A DNA stretch of 61,705 nucleotides, filler included, from Bdellovibrionota bacterium (GTDB lineage: Bacteria; Bdellovibrionota; Bdellovibrionia; Bdellovibrionales; JAEYZS01): NCBI GenBank assembly GCA_963169515.1. It is 8 parts of 8 records of this genome, joined end to end, with 100 filler letters (N's around TTAATTAATTAA, not from the genome) between each part and the next. Parts side by side here need not be neighbours in the genome. Positions count along the whole stretch, not along the records: positions 1 to 12,770 come from CAUJEF010000011.1; positions 12,871 to 19,250 come from CAUJEF010000012.1; positions 19,351 to 29,660 come from CAUJEF010000014.1; 5 more parts are not named here. One strand, written 5' to 3'. This document shows, in pieces, positions 10,535 to 21,354 of the stretch. Below the pieces are notes generated by a model. The model saw nothing but the letters and a program-made list of their open reading frames with translations. It did no database searches and was not told the DNA's origin. A program made the translations under genes and the position numbers. How positions within the stretch are numbered: position 1 is the first letter of the stretch; every line of letters begins with the position of its first letter.

Positions 10535-12340
10535 TTAGTCCTCGACTTTGAGAATCGCGAGGAAGGCTTCCTGTGGAACCTCAACGGTTCCAACTTGCTT
10601 CATCCGCTTTTTGCCTTCTTTTTGCTTTTCCAGAAGTTTTCTTTTGCGGGAAATATCGCCACCATAACATTTTGCCGTTACGTCTTTGCGAAGGGCACCA
10701 ATGGTTTCGCGGGCGATAATCTTGGATCCGATGGATGCTTGGATAGCAATTTGAAATTGCTGTTTCGGAATCGCTTCTTTTAGTTTTTTTGTTAATTCTT
10801 TCCCGCGATGAAAGGCTTTTGATCTATGACATATTACCGACAGCGCATCAACGGGTTCCGAGTTAATTAAAATATCCATTTTGATCAAATCTGATTCTTC
10901 GTAGTTGGTAATTTCATAATCAAGAGAGGCATAACCTTTTGAAATAGATTTCAAACGGTCATAAAAATCCATAACAATTTCATTCAACGGTAACTTGTAT
11001 TCAAGAATAACTTTCTTTTCATTCAAATATTCCATTTTGATCTGCGTACCGCGCTTATCTTCGCACAACTTAATGATCGCGCCCAGGTATTCTGCAGGTG
11101 TGTACACGGTGGCCTTGATCATAGGTTCTTCTGACCTTAAAATTTTAACAGGATCTGGCATGTCAGCTGGGTTTTCCAGTGTTAGTTGCTTTCCATCTGT
11201 CAGGTAAACTTGATAGACCACACTAGGGGCAGTTGTGATTAAATCCAAATTAAATTCACGCTCTAACCGCTCTTGGGCAATTTCCATGTGCAGCAACCCT
11301 AAAAATCCGCAACGAAAGCCCATTCCAAGCGCCGCCGAAGTTTCAGTTTCATACACAAGACTGGAATCGTTGAGCGCAAGTTTATCCAAAGCATCTTTCA
11401 ATTTATGAAAATCATCAGTTTGAACCGGGAAAACACCCGAAAATACCATGGGTTTGATGTTCTTAAATCCAGAGAGCATTTCCGTAGCAGGATTTTTGGC
11501 GGTCGTAATCGTATCGCCGACTTTTACATCGCGGATGTCTTTGATACCACAAATCAAATAACCCACTTCACCTACAGTCAGCTCCTGACATTCTGTCGCA
11601 AACGGAGCAAAATACCCTAGTTTCAAAACTTCATGGTCTTTATCAGTCGCCATCAATTTTATTTTATCGCCCTTTTTTACTGACCCATCAAATACACGGG
11701 CAAGCGTTACAACACCTTGGTATGAATCAAACCATGAATCAAAAACAAGAGCTCGAAAGGCTTTGTCAGAGGTCGATTTAGGGGGCGGAACCTTTTTTAC
11801 AACCGTCTCTAAAATTTCTTTGATCCCGACGTTCTCTTTGGCACTGGCAAGAACCGCCTCTGTAGTGTCGAGACCAATGGTATCTGAAATTTGTTGCTTC
11901 ACACCTTCAGGATCGGCAGAGGGCAAGTCAATTTTATTGATAACAGGAATAATTTCGAGATTGTTTTCTATCGCCAAATAAACATTTGCCAGGGTTTGTG
12001 CTTCAACACCTTGGGATGCATCTACAACTAGAATTGCTCCCTCGCAGGCAGCGAGGGATCTGGAAACTTCATAAGTAAAATCTACGTGGCCTGGAGTATC
12101 AATCAAATTCAAAATATAAGTTTTCCCGTCTTCGGCCTTGTAATTGAGGCGCACCGTTTGCGCCTTGATAGTAATCCCGCGCTCACGCTCCAAATCCATA
12201 CTGTCCAAGAACTGGGTTTTCATTTCTCGCTTGGAAACAGTGCCAGTATAAGTGATCAGGCTATCCGACAATGTGGATTTACCATGGTCAATGTGGGCAA
12301 TAATGGAAAAATTTCGGATTAAACTGGTCTCTGTGCTCAC
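10535..12340 (-). CDS. lepA: Elongation factor 4 (LepA)
   Basis: [28 protein letters not shown]-terminal [28 protein letters not shown] start overlaps the metK stop. Confidence 0.99.
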   Translation of the reverse strand: MSTETSLIRNFSIIAHIDHGKSTLSDSLITYTGTVSKREMKTQFLDSMDLERERGITIKAQTVRLNYKAEDGKTYILNLIDTPGHVDFTYEVSRSLAACEGAILVVDASQGVEAQTLANVYLAIENNLEIIPVINKIDLPSADPEGVKQQISDTIGLDTTEAVLASAKENVGIKEILETVVKKVPPPKSTSDKAFRALVFDSWFDSYQGVVTLARVFDGSVKKGDKIKLMATDKDHEVLKLGYFAPFATECQELTVGEVGYLICGIKDIRDVKVGDTITTAKNPATEMLSGFKNIKPMVFSGVFPVQTDDFHKLKDALDKLALNDSSLVYETETSAALGMGFRCGFLGLLHMEIAQERLEREFNLDLITTAPSVVYQVYLTDGKQLTLENPADMPDPVKILRSEEPMIKATVYTPAEYLGAIIKLCEDKRGTQIKMEYLNEKKVILEYKLPLNEIVMDFYDRLKSISKGYASLDYEITNYEESDLIKMDILINSEPVDALSVICHRSKAFHRGKELTKKLKEAIPKQQFQIAIQASIGSKIIARETIGALRKDVTAKCYGGDISRKRKLLEKQKEGKKRMKQVGTVEVPQEAFLAILKVED

Positions 12341-12770
12341 AATGTCTTAACAATATCTTTCAAGTGATCTACTCGGTCCAATTTTTCCCATGTGAAAATA
12401 TCGCGACCAAAATGCCCATAAGATGCCGTTTCTTTATAGCGCGGTTTCAATAAATCAAATTGCTTGATAATCATCGCCGGACGCAAATCCCAGATTTTTT
12501 GAACAGCTTGAGAAAGTTTCTCTGATCCAACCTTTGAAGTTCCAAAGTCATTTACCATAACACTTAATGGATGCGCGACACCGATAGCATAAGAAATTTG
12601 AACTAAACATTTTTCTGCCAAACCTGCCGCCACAATGTTTTTTGCAATATGGCGCCCAGCATAGGCGGCGGAACGATCTACTTTCGATGGATCTTTGCCA
12701 GAAAATGCACCCCCGCCATGGGCTCCATGACCGCCATAAGTGTCAACGATGATTTTTCGGCCAGTCAGTC
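12337..12770 (-). CDS. metK: S-adenosylmethionine synthetase, C-terminal part (contig-truncated)
   Basis: Frame extends to the contig edge: [36 protein letters not shown]...SYAIG...TASYGHFGR. Confidence 0.97.
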
Positions 12771-12870
12771 NNNNNNNNNNNNNNNNNNNNNNNNNNNNNN
12801 NNNNNNNNNNNNNNTTAATTAATTAANNNNNNNNNNNNNNNNNNNNNNNNNNNNNNNNNNNNNNNNNNNN
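12771..12870. other. Artificial contig-join spacer
   Basis: N44 + TTAATTAATTAA (stops in all six frames) + N44. Confidence 0.99.
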
Positions 12871-13161
12871 GTCGAAGGTGTTTCTCCAACGACATGTCGT
12901 ATAAAATATTTGCAAAGAACAGACGATATCCAAATAGGCGATTTGATCGTGACCAGCGGATTTGACGGAGTTTTCCCAAAAGGATTCCCAATAGGAACAG
13001 TCACTGAAGTCGAAAAGAAAAGTTACGGCATTACCCAATCTGTAATTATCCAGCCTGCTGTTTCTACAATTAATATCGAAGAGGTTTTTGTCGTCCTTAA
13101 AATGAACGAGCGTCAAGAGCTCACGAAAGAAGAACATAAAAACAACGAAGTTAAAAACTAG
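12871..13161 (+). CDS. mreC: Rod shape-determining protein MreC, C-terminal part (contig-truncated)
   Basis: GDLIVTSGFDGVFPKGFPIGTV motif; open from the contig edge; upstream of mreD-mrdA-rodA. Confidence 0.93.
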   Translation, partial: VEGVSPTTCRIKYLQRTDDIQIGDLIVTSGFDGVFPKGFPIGTVTEVEKKSYGITQSVIIQPAVSTINIEEVFVVLKMNERQELTKEEHKNNEVKN

Positions 13162-13163
13162 TT

Positions 13164-13703
13164 ATGAATGATAACAATTTAAAAGGCTGGTATTTCCCCA
13201 TATTTTGTACGCTTATAATTATGTTTGCAGCATTTGAAACGGCCATCTGGAAAAATTTATTTGAAACACTGCCCACGCCAATGATTTGGCTTGCCGCACT
13301 GGTGTATGTAAGCATCACTCGTCCGCCTGTCGAAGTTTTGCTCTTGATCTATACTACTTCATTTTTTCTGCAGACCATGACCGTGATGCCCGTAGGATAT
13401 TTAATTCTTTTAGAAACTTCAATTTTTATCGGCGTTAAGGCTCTTAAGAGCCGAATCTATTGGGAAGGCCGATCCTACTTCGTTTTCTTGCAAATTTTGG
13501 CAATCCCATGGTTCCACATCGGGCACATTAGCCTTTCCTATATGTTTGACGAACATCCCATCCAAAGATTTCTGATTTTATCTTGGCTCGGTGAAATTCT
13601 GAGCTTTATTGTTTTAAGCCCAATTGTATTTTGGCTCTTTACTTCAATATTGCCGCTAAAAGACTCTCAACTCGATGATGCGGGTGTTGTCACCCATGGC
13701 TGA
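13164..13703 (+). CDS. mreD: Rod shape-determining membrane protein MreD-like
   Basis: About 5 TM helices and position between mreC and mrdA; the call rests mainly on synteny. Confidence 0.7.
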   Translation: MNDNNLKGWYFPIFCTLIIMFAAFETAIWKNLFETLPTPMIWLAALVYVSITRPPVEVLLLIYTTSFFLQTMTVMPVGYLILLETSIFIGVKALKSRIYWEGRSYFVFLQILAIPWFHIGHISLSYMFDEHPIQRFLILSWLGEILSFIVLSPIVFWLFTSILPLKDSQLDDAGVVTHG

Positions 13704-15714
13704 TTATCTATCGAACCCAGAAGAGGCAAAGGAATACTCCCACCGCTACAAGATGCTTCACATGATTATTGCCTTGCTTACGCTCATATATTTTATACGC
13801 CTTTGGTATTTGCAAATTTATAAAGGCAGTGAGTTCCGGTTCTTCTCTGATAGAAATAGAATTAAAATTGAAAAGGTTCCTGCACCCCGCGGAATGATTT
13901 TAGACCGTGAAGGTCGAATTCTCGTTGATAATGAGCCTGGCTTTGATGTATTTCTGACCCCACAATACATCACAGATCTCACTAAATATTCAGAAGTAAT
14001 TGGGGACGTGATCAAGGCAAATCCGCCGACGATCGTGGCAAAGGTTAAGTCTGAAAAAAGAAAAAGCGGTGATTTCCGCCCCGTTTTAATTAAAGAAAAT
14101 TTATCCCGGGATGAAGTCATTCGACTCGAACGTCTACGCATCGATTACCCCGGGCTCGATGTAAATATGTCCATTCGGCGATCGTACACGCTTAAAGATA
14201 ATGGAGCGCAGCTGTTTGGATACGTGGGCGAAATTTCAAAAGAAGAGCTTCCACGCGTCAATAAAAATCGCGCCCCATCAGAGTATTTTGAGCAAGGTGA
14301 CCTCATTGGGAAAAGTGGCATTGAACTCTCTTTGGATCATGATTTGCGCGGACAAATTGGACAAAGCTTCGTGCAAGTGGATGCTCACGGTCGAAAAATT
14401 GAAAGCCTATCCGTTCCACAGGTCATTGGGAGCCTCGACATTTCAAAAGACTACGAACCCGGTCAGACGATTATGTTAACCATCGACAAAGATATTCAAG
14501 AGGCCGCCTACAAAGCGTTTAATGGAAATCAAAAAATCGGCGGCGTTGTCGTGCTTAACCCTAAAAATGGCGAGGTTTTAGCATGGATTAATTCCCCAAG
14601 TTTTGATCCATCGGAGTTTTCAAAGGGCATCTCCTCAAAAGTTTGGTCAACTCTTGTCAACGACCCGTTTAAGCCACTTCGAAACAAAGTAATTCAAGAT
14701 CACCAGCCGCCCGGCTCCACGCTGAAAGCAGTTGTTGCACTTGCCGCCCTACAAGAAAAGGTCATCAACACCAATTCAACAACATTTTGTCCTGGGTTCT
14801 ATCAGTTTGGCCGCCGAACTTATCACTGCCACTTGAAGCAAGGTCATGGTTGGGTCAATGTTGTTCAGGCCCTGGAACAATCTTGCGATATTTTCTTTTA
14901 TAAGCTCGGTATGCAACTCGGAATTGATACTATCGCAAAATATGCCAAAGCGCTGGGGTTAGGGGCAAAGACAGGGATTGCACTTGATAACGAGACCGCA
15001 GGCCTTGTCCCCACGACAGAGTGGAAGAAAAATACTTTAGGGGAAGAGTGGCAGCCCGGGGAAAACTTGAGCAATGCCATAGGCCAGGGGTTCTTCCTGA
15101 CGACCCCACTGCAACTTGCACTTGTATTTTCAGGAATTGCAAATGATGGCCCCGTTTACCAGCCACACATCGTAAGTAAAATGCTGGATGTTGATGGGAA
15201 ACTATTAAGAGAAATTACGCCTGAACTAAAATTTGACCCAACAGTTTCTGGAAGTGTCCATATCGACAAAGCAAACTATGACATTGTTAAGCGAGGCTTG
15301 TACAACGTGGCAAATGGTGCGCGAGGTACTGCAAAATGGCTCAAGGTTCCGGGGGTGGAGCTTGCCGGAAAAACTGGAACCGTTCAATTATTTAGCCTTT
15401 CGGCAGATGAGGTTTTCAAGAAATGCCAGAGTCGCCCACTCAATCAACGACATCATGGTTGGTTTGCATCCTATGCTCCAGCCGATGATCCGCAGGTTGT
15501 TGTTGTCGTACTTGCCGAACACTCGTGTTCAGGTTCCGGCGGGGCCGGCCCAGTTGCTCGAGATATTCTTGATGCATATTCAAAAAAATATCTAAAAGAA
15601 CGGGTCGAAAGGTACCTTGCGGCCCATAAGAAAAATGGAACGCCGGCTGCTGCAACCGAAACATCACCACCAGTCCCCCAACCCGAGGAAAGCAATGAAA
15701 TCGCTCCAGATTGA
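13696..15714 (+). CDS. mrdA: Penicillin-binding protein 2
   Basis: TM anchor, APRGMILDREG, SxxK (PGSTLK), SCD, KTG (GKTGT); start placed at the ATG overlapping the mreD stop. Confidence 0.96.
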   Translation: MADYLSNPEEAKEYSHRYKMLHMIIALLTLIYFIRLWYLQIYKGSEFRFFSDRNRIKIEKVPAPRGMILDREGRILVDNEPGFDVFLTPQYITDLTKYSEVIGDVIKANPPTIVAKVKSEKRKSGDFRPVLIKENLSRDEVIRLERLRIDYPGLDVNMSIRRSYTLKDNGAQLFGYVGEISKEELPRVNKNRAPSEYFEQGDLIGKSGIELSLDHDLRGQIGQSFVQVDAHGRKIESLSVPQVIGSLDISKDYEPGQTIMLTIDKDIQEAAYKAFNGNQKIGGVVVLNPKNGEVLAWINSPSFDPSEFSKGISSKVWSTLVNDPFKPLRNKVIQDHQPPGSTLKAVVALAALQEKVINTNSTTFCPGFYQFGRRTYHCHLKQGHGWVNVVQALEQSCDIFFYKLGMQLGIDTIAKYAKALGLGAKTGIALDNETAGLVPTTEWKKNTLGEEWQPGENLSNAIGQGFFLTTPLQLALVFSGIANDGPVYQPHIVSKMLDVDGKLLREITPELKFDPTVSGSVHIDKANYDIVKRGLYNVANGARGTAKWLKVPGVELAGKTGTVQLFSLSADEVFKKCQSRPLNQRHHGWFASYAPADDPQVVVVVLAEHSCSGSGGAGPVARDILDAYSKKYLKERVERYLAAHKKNGTPAAATETSPPVPQPEESNEIAPD

Positions 15715-16819
15715 AAACCGTACACTTTTCAAAAAATTCGATTTGAATTTGATTTTTGTTATCGTTGCTATTTCGATCATCGGCCTGATCAACCTATTCA
15801 GCGCGACCCACGACGTTCAGAATACCACAAACCAATTGGATCAGATTTTTTTGACCCAGGTAGTTTGGTTTGCCGCTGGCTTTTCGATCTTTGGTATTCT
15901 AACAATTCTTGACTACAAAATTTTATCAAAATTGGCCTATGTGATGTATGGACTGAACGTGTTGGCACTTGCTGCAGTCCCCATTATTGGAAAATCATTT
16001 TACGGTGCAAAACGCTGGATTGACCTTGGTTTTTTTAAATATCAGCCATCAGAAACAATGAAAATTATTTTGATTATACTTTTGGCAAAAATATTTTCTC
16101 AAAAATCATACCCACATGGACTAGGGTTCAAGAATTTAATTCTTCCATTGATTCTGATAATGATTCCATTTTCACTCACTGTGAAACAGCCTGATTTGGG
16201 AACAGGAATGATGATTTTATTTTCATCATTTTCCATTATATTTTTTGTTGGCATAAAGCGAAATGTCTTAATTACAGCCTTGGCCGTTATTCTTGTTGTA
16301 GTCCCCGTAACTTGGAAGTTTGGTCTCAAGGATTACCAGAAAAACCGAATTCACACGTTTATGGACCCGAATACGGACCCCCGTGGAGCAGGATATAACA
16401 GTATTCAGTCAAAAATTGCCGTCGGTAGCGGCAAATTCTTTGGAAAGGGTTTTCGAAAGGGTACTCAGTCTCAGCTTAACTTTCTGCCAGAACATCATAC
16501 GGATTTTATTTTCAGTGTGCTATCTGAAGAAAACGGATTCGTCGGCAGCGTAACCACGTTACTTTTATTCGTAATATTGATTGTGATTAGCTTAAAAATC
16601 GCATCGCAAGCACGCGATAAGTTTGGCGCGCTAATTGTAGTAGGGGGAGCTTCGATTGTGTTCTGGCATGCGTTCATCAACATTGGGATGGTTATTGGGT
16701 TACTGCCTATTGTCGGCATTCCTTTGCCGTTGATGTCTTATGGTGGTTCAATAATGATAACAACAATGACGTGCCTTGGTCTTATATCCAGCGTTTCGAT
16801 AAGAAAATTTATTTTTTAA
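15695..16819 (+). CDS. rodA: SEDS-family peptidoglycan glycosyltransferase RodA
   Basis: GAKRWI, QPSE, QPDLGT, LPEHHTDFIFS, PLMSYGGS; ATG at 15695 follows a GAGGA RBS. Confidence 0.96.
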   Translation: MKSLQIENRTLFKKFDLNLIFVIVAISIIGLINLFSATHDVQNTTNQLDQIFLTQVVWFAAGFSIFGILTILDYKILSKLAYVMYGLNVLALAAVPIIGKSFYGAKRWIDLGFFKYQPSETMKIILIILLAKIFSQKSYPHGLGFKNLILPLILIMIPFSLTVKQPDLGTGMMILFSSFSIIFFVGIKRNVLITALAVILVVVPVTWKFGLKDYQKNRIHTFMDPNTDPRGAGYNSIQSKIAVGSGKFFGKGFRKGTQSQLNFLPEHHTDFIFSVLSEENGFVGSVTTLLLFVILIVISLKIASQARDKFGALIVVGGASIVFWHAFINIGMVIGLLPIVGIPLPLMSYGGSIMITTMTCLGLISSVSIRKFIF

Positions 16820-16846
16820 GAAACTTTTCGAGCGCTAAGCATTCTT

Positions 16847-17173
16847 TTATAGGTGACCTTTCAGGACAGATAAAATGTTATCCTTTGGAACATTTCCAAC
16901 AATCTGTTCAATCTCTTCACCGTTTTTAAAAAGAATCATAGTTGGAATACCGCGTACACCGTATTTTGACGGGGCCTCAGGATTTTCATCCACATTCACT
17001 TTTACGACCTGGACCTTTCCTTGAAGCTCTTGGGCAACCTCTTCCAATTTAGGACCTAGGGCTTGGCAGGGGCCACACCACTCTGCCCAAAAATCGACAA
17101 GAACTGGAACATTTGATTTTAAAACTTGGGATTCAAATTCTGCGTCAGTAACGGGTTTTGTAAACCTAGCCAT
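16847..17173 (-). CDS. trxA: Thioredoxin
   Basis: [10 protein letters not shown] and GIPT; ATG at 17173 follows AGGAG. Confidence 0.97.
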   Translation of the reverse strand: MARFTKPVTDAEFESQVLKSNVPVLVDFWAEWCGPCQALGPKLEEVAQELQGKVQVVKVNVDENPEAPSKYGVRGIPTMILFKNGEEIEQIVGNVPKDNILSVLKGHL

Positions 17174-17350
17174 GTTTATAGACTCCTGCATAAAAAAATT
17201 TAACTGCATCTATTAAATCAAACAAACTCGAGATTTGCGATTAAATATTTCTTAAAAAATGTGGTTACAATTTGACCATCGTCAAGGCTCATCCTTTGTC
17301 CAGATTTCTTTCATATTTTCTACTAGATTCCGATAGTTATATCAGCAGTT

Positions 17351-19250
17351 ATGCAAAAAAAAGAAATAACAATCCTCATCATAGACGACGAGGCCTCTGT
17401 TGGAAAAGCGATCAAAGAGGTTCTCGAAAAGGATGGCTTCACCACCCTTGTGTACACTCATCCAGAGCACATTTTTTCTACACTTAAGCTCCGACCAATC
17501 CAAGCTTTCATCATCGACTGTATGCTGCCAAAAATGTCAGGCGTTGATGTAGCAAAAAAAATTAAAGAGAGCGTACCCAATGCCATCTTTATTTTTATGA
17601 GTGGTATTTATCAAGACAAGTCCTTCATCAAAGATACATTCCAAAAAACGGGAGCAAAGCACTTTTTAGAAAAGCCGTTTACGCTCGAAAAGATACTTGA
17701 AGTTGTTCATGATGCTCTTGGCGATCTGATCGAACAAGAGGGCGAACCCCTCGATGAACTCCTTTTCAATCCGAACGCATCTCCAAATGAAAAGCTTGAT
17801 GCAATTAGCCACACAAATTCTGTTCACGGTTTTGATTTGCCAAGAATCTTTAACCTTCTTATGAATCCATCTATCAGTGGAATTCTGCATGTAACCTCTC
17901 CGAAAAAAGAACGCTCCAGTATTCACTTTTTAAATGGGGCGATCGTACGCGTTGATATCAACGACCCAAAATCTTACTTTGGCGCCTTACTGATCGACAA
18001 AAACTATATCACACCCGAAGAAATCGATCTCGTCCTTACACAGAAAAATACAAAAAAACTTGGCGAGCGCTTGGTTGATTCCAACTTGATCAGTCCACAC
18101 GTCATCGGAATTATTAACACCGAGCAATTGGCCCTTCGCCTTTCACGCCTGGTTCAAAATCTATCTTACGAAATGAAATTTGAAAAATTCGAAACAAAAG
18201 AGGGGGAAACAAAGATTGATCGAAATATCTTATTCCGATTTATCAGCGAATGGTTATCTTCAAAACTAACGCCTGAGTGGTTGAAGGCAATTTATATTCC
18301 ATTCATGGACAAACGCATTGTAAAGGCCGCCTTCTATTCTGATATTTCTCCAATATATAATTTATATCCAATGAACAAGGCCCCGAAGCTCTTGCAGACA
18401 GCTCTTTCGAATTCATCCGTGGAACAACTTTTTGCAAAAAACCAATGGGATGACGAGATCGTTTTAAAATGCATTCACTTTCTGATTATTACTGAAAGTG
18501 TCGCTTTTGATAAAACGATAAATTCAAAAGATGAAAACTCGCACCGCTTGCGCTTACAAAAAATAAAAAAGGACATGGAAGGTCAAAACCTATTTGAAAT
18601 TTTAGGCCTGGATGCCAAATCAAAAATTAAAGAAATTAAAAAGAATTATTATGAGCTATCAAAGATATTTCATCCAGATAAATTAAGTACAAGTGCCCCT
18701 ACAGAGATCAAAGAGCTCACTAATTTTATTTTTGCAAAAATCTCCAAGTCCTATGAAGTTCTTAGCAACGAACAAACAAAAGCAAATTACCTTAAAGAGC
18801 TTGAACATGGAGAAGCAGAAAAAATTCTGGAATCAGAATCATTATTTGACGAAGGGAAGTCCCTTTTAAGCTCGAATCAAGCTGTAAAAGCACTGGCCAT
18901 TTTGGAACAAGCGATGAAGCTTCGACCGCCGACGTCCGAGATGCGTTTGTATCATCTATGGGCGAAAGTATTATCACCTGCTGAAAATATGGAAGAACAT
19001 CTTCGATCCATTGAAACGGGACTGAATAAAATACCACCAGAAGATCGACACAACGCTTACTATTATTTCGTAAAGGGTCTTTATGCAAAACAGCTGGGCG
19101 ATTTCGAGCAAGCGAGCCGTCACCTGAAGCACGCATGTTCGCTCGTTGCAAACTTTAAAGAAGCAAAGCGCGAATTAAACCTCGTAGAGCTTCAGATGAA
19201 GAGCAACAAGAAAATCGACATTTTTAAGGCAGACCTAAAAGATGTTGTTG
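17351..19250 (+). CDS. Receiver domain + DUF4388-like + J-domain + TPR protein (contig-truncated at 3' end)
   Basis: REC (IIDDE, IIDCMLPKMSG, EKPF), GILHV...IHFLNGAIV...YFGALL segment, J-domain LFEILGL...YYELSKIFHPDK, C-terminal TPR-like helices. Confidence 0.85.
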
Positions 19251-19350
19251 NNNNNNNNNNNNNNNNNNNNNNNNNNNNNNNNNNNNNNNNNNNNTTAATT
19301 AATTAANNNNNNNNNNNNNNNNNNNNNNNNNNNNNNNNNNNNNNNNNNNN
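19251..19350. other. Artificial contig-join spacer
   Basis: N44-TTAATTAATTAA-N44. Confidence 0.99.
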
Positions 19351-19392
19351 AAAAATCTCCGAAAAGTATCAAGAAGATACCAGGAGACCACT

Positions 19393-19668
19393 ATGCTTCT
19401 ACAGGGCGATTTGCAGGCAGTGTTTGACGCGCTCTACACAATGGGCGTGATTGACCCGATTTTGCAAAAAGATTGGAAGAAGTTTGACGACTTGGAACAT
19501 GACACAAGACGGATCGAAACAGTTGTGGCAAAGGTAAATAAATGTTCCGGGGATATTCAAAAAATAATTGGACATTTGAAGCAGTATGATACCGAAACAC
19601 TCGAGTATCTCGCTATGGAGGTCGCGCGTGAGTTTGCTGACTTTTACGCAAGAAAAGACATTCATTAA
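19393..19668 (+). CDS. Small hypothetical protein
   Basis: 91 aa, CAGGAG RBS upstream of the ATG, helical acidic composition. Confidence 0.7.
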   Translation: MLLQGDLQAVFDALYTMGVIDPILQKDWKKFDDLEHDTRRIETVVAKVNKCSGDIQKIIGHLKQYDTETLEYLAMEVAREFADFYARKDIH

Positions 19669-20152
19669 AATTCTAGGCCTGGCTCTGGTTTGTACTTTCT
19701 TTAGCGAAGCTGCAGTTGCAGATTGGGAAATCGATTTATCCCGACGCCGCAGGCAAACCCAAAAGTCAACAGAGACAGCGGGACAACAAACTGCAGCCGA
19801 GCAAACATTGAGTTTTGTAGATAAAATTATTCCAAGCCAAGGATATAGCCAAGACATCGTAGTTTTGAATACAGACAAGGGGTTTTTACCGGCCACCCTT
19901 CATTTGAAAAGGGGAGGCAAATACACAATTCACGTCGTCAACGTAAACGACAAAGAAAAGAACACAAGCTTCATCATGGATGCGTTTAAAGAAAGCCATG
20001 CGACGTACTTTGGTCAGATTAAATCATTTACAATTAATCCAGACAAAGATGGAATTTATAACTTTCAGTGTCCGGAGACTTCTGTCGAAGGGCGCGTCGT
20101 TATCTACTCTGACGACAAGAAATCAAGAGCTTTAGCTGGCGACAAGGAGTAA
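19634..20152 (+). CDS. Secreted cupredoxin-fold protein
   Basis: Signal peptide, then FLPATLHLKRG...GIYNFQCP...GRVVI, a typical cupredoxin C-terminus. Start uncertain (TTG 19634 or GTG 19628). Confidence 0.7.
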   Translation: MLTFTQEKTFIKILGLALVCTFFSEAAVADWEIDLSRRRRQTQKSTETAGQQTAAEQTLSFVDKIIPSQGYSQDIVVLNTDKGFLPATLHLKRGGKYTIHVVNVNDKEKNTSFIMDAFKESHATYFGQIKSFTINPDKDGIYNFQCPETSVEGRVVIYSDDKKSRALAGDKE

Positions 20153-20155
20153 GTC

Positions 20156-21271
20156 ATGTCTGACGAGGCGAATGTATTTAGCGCCGCGATTCAGAACTTC
20201 TTAGCGCCTATCGCAGATCTTTTGGCAGATTCAACAGTGACAGAAGTCTTGATCAATGGACCTCATAATATTTTTGTAGAGCGTAATGGATTTTTGACTA
20301 AGGTCAGTCATCAATTTACAAATGAAGATGAGCTTCAAGCGGCAGTAAATTCGATCGCACAAAGCGTGAATCGTGTCATCAATGATAAGGAGCCGCAGTT
20401 AGATGCACGCTTACCCGACGGGTCCCGTATTCATGCCGTGCTTCCGCCGATTGCGCGCAATGGGACTACGGTTAGTATTCGCAAATTTTCGAACGCTAAA
20501 ATGACCTTGAAGGAATATATTCAGAGTGGAGCAATCTCGATTGATGCCGCGCAATTTTTGGATTTGTGCGTATTTTTGGGGAAAAACATAATTGTCAGCG
20601 GCGGGACGGGTTCGGGTAAAACAACATTGCTATCTGTTTTGACAAATAGAACGCCCAAAGGAAAGCGTATAATTTTGATCGAAGATTCGTCTGAGCTGCA
20701 AATTGACTATGAGCACGTGGTGCGCTTTGAAACTCGTCAGGAAGACCTGCGGGGTAATGGCGAGATAACAATGCAGCATTTGTTAAAATCTTCGCTTCGC
20801 CTGCGCCCGGATCGAATTATTGTTGGCGAAGTGCGGGGATCAGAGGCGTTAGAATTAATGAACGCCATGAACACGGGCCACAACGGCAGCATGGGTACGA
20901 TTCATGCAAACTCTCCAGACGATGCAATTGTTAGGCTTGAGGGTCTTGCAATGAGCGGTGACGCTAAGTTGAGCGAAAAGGTCATTCGTCATCAGCTGTC
21001 GAGCGCTGTAAATGTCATTATTCAGATTTCACGTTTTTCAGATGGAACGCGGAAAGTCCAAACAATTTCAGAAGTGTTGGGTTTGGATGACAATGGAAAT
21101 TACAAGCTGAGCCCTATTTATGATATCGGCCAGCTGGAACGTGGCCCTGATGGCAAACTGATTGGCGAAATTAAACCGACCGGAAATATTCCGAGCTTTA
21201 TGGACGAAATTGAGGCTAATAAAATTCCATTCCCGCGAAGTAAGTTCCAGGGTGAAAATCAAGCGGCCTAA
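20156..21271 (+). CDS. cpaF: CpaF/TadA-family traffic ATPase
   Basis: EVLING, DARLPDGSRI, SGGTGSGKTT, IEDSSEL, LRLRPDRIIVGEVRG, AMNTGH, TIHAN. Confidence 0.93.
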   Translation: MSDEANVFSAAIQNFLAPIADLLADSTVTEVLINGPHNIFVERNGFLTKVSHQFTNEDELQAAVNSIAQSVNRVINDKEPQLDARLPDGSRIHAVLPPIARNGTTVSIRKFSNAKMTLKEYIQSGAISIDAAQFLDLCVFLGKNIIVSGGTGSGKTTLLSVLTNRTPKGKRIILIEDSSELQIDYEHVVRFETRQEDLRGNGEITMQHLLKSSLRLRPDRIIVGEVRGSEALELMNAMNTGHNGSMGTIHANSPDDAIVRLEGLAMSGDAKLSEKVIRHQLSSAVNVIIQISRFSDGTRKVQTISEVLGLDDNGNYKLSPIYDIGQLERGPDGKLIGEIKPTGNIPSFMDEIEANKIPFPRSKFQGENQAA

Positions 21272-21354
21272 TGTGCCACTCTGCACACATTAGCTTAATC
21301 TAGTTGCACGCGTGATTATCAATGATAACATTTTCCGATACATGGGAGAATGTT

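Noticed and set aside
17320..17340. Sigma-28 promoter from CCGATA hexamers (also near 9064 and 21335)
   Set aside because: No TAAA-like -35 element at the required spacing.
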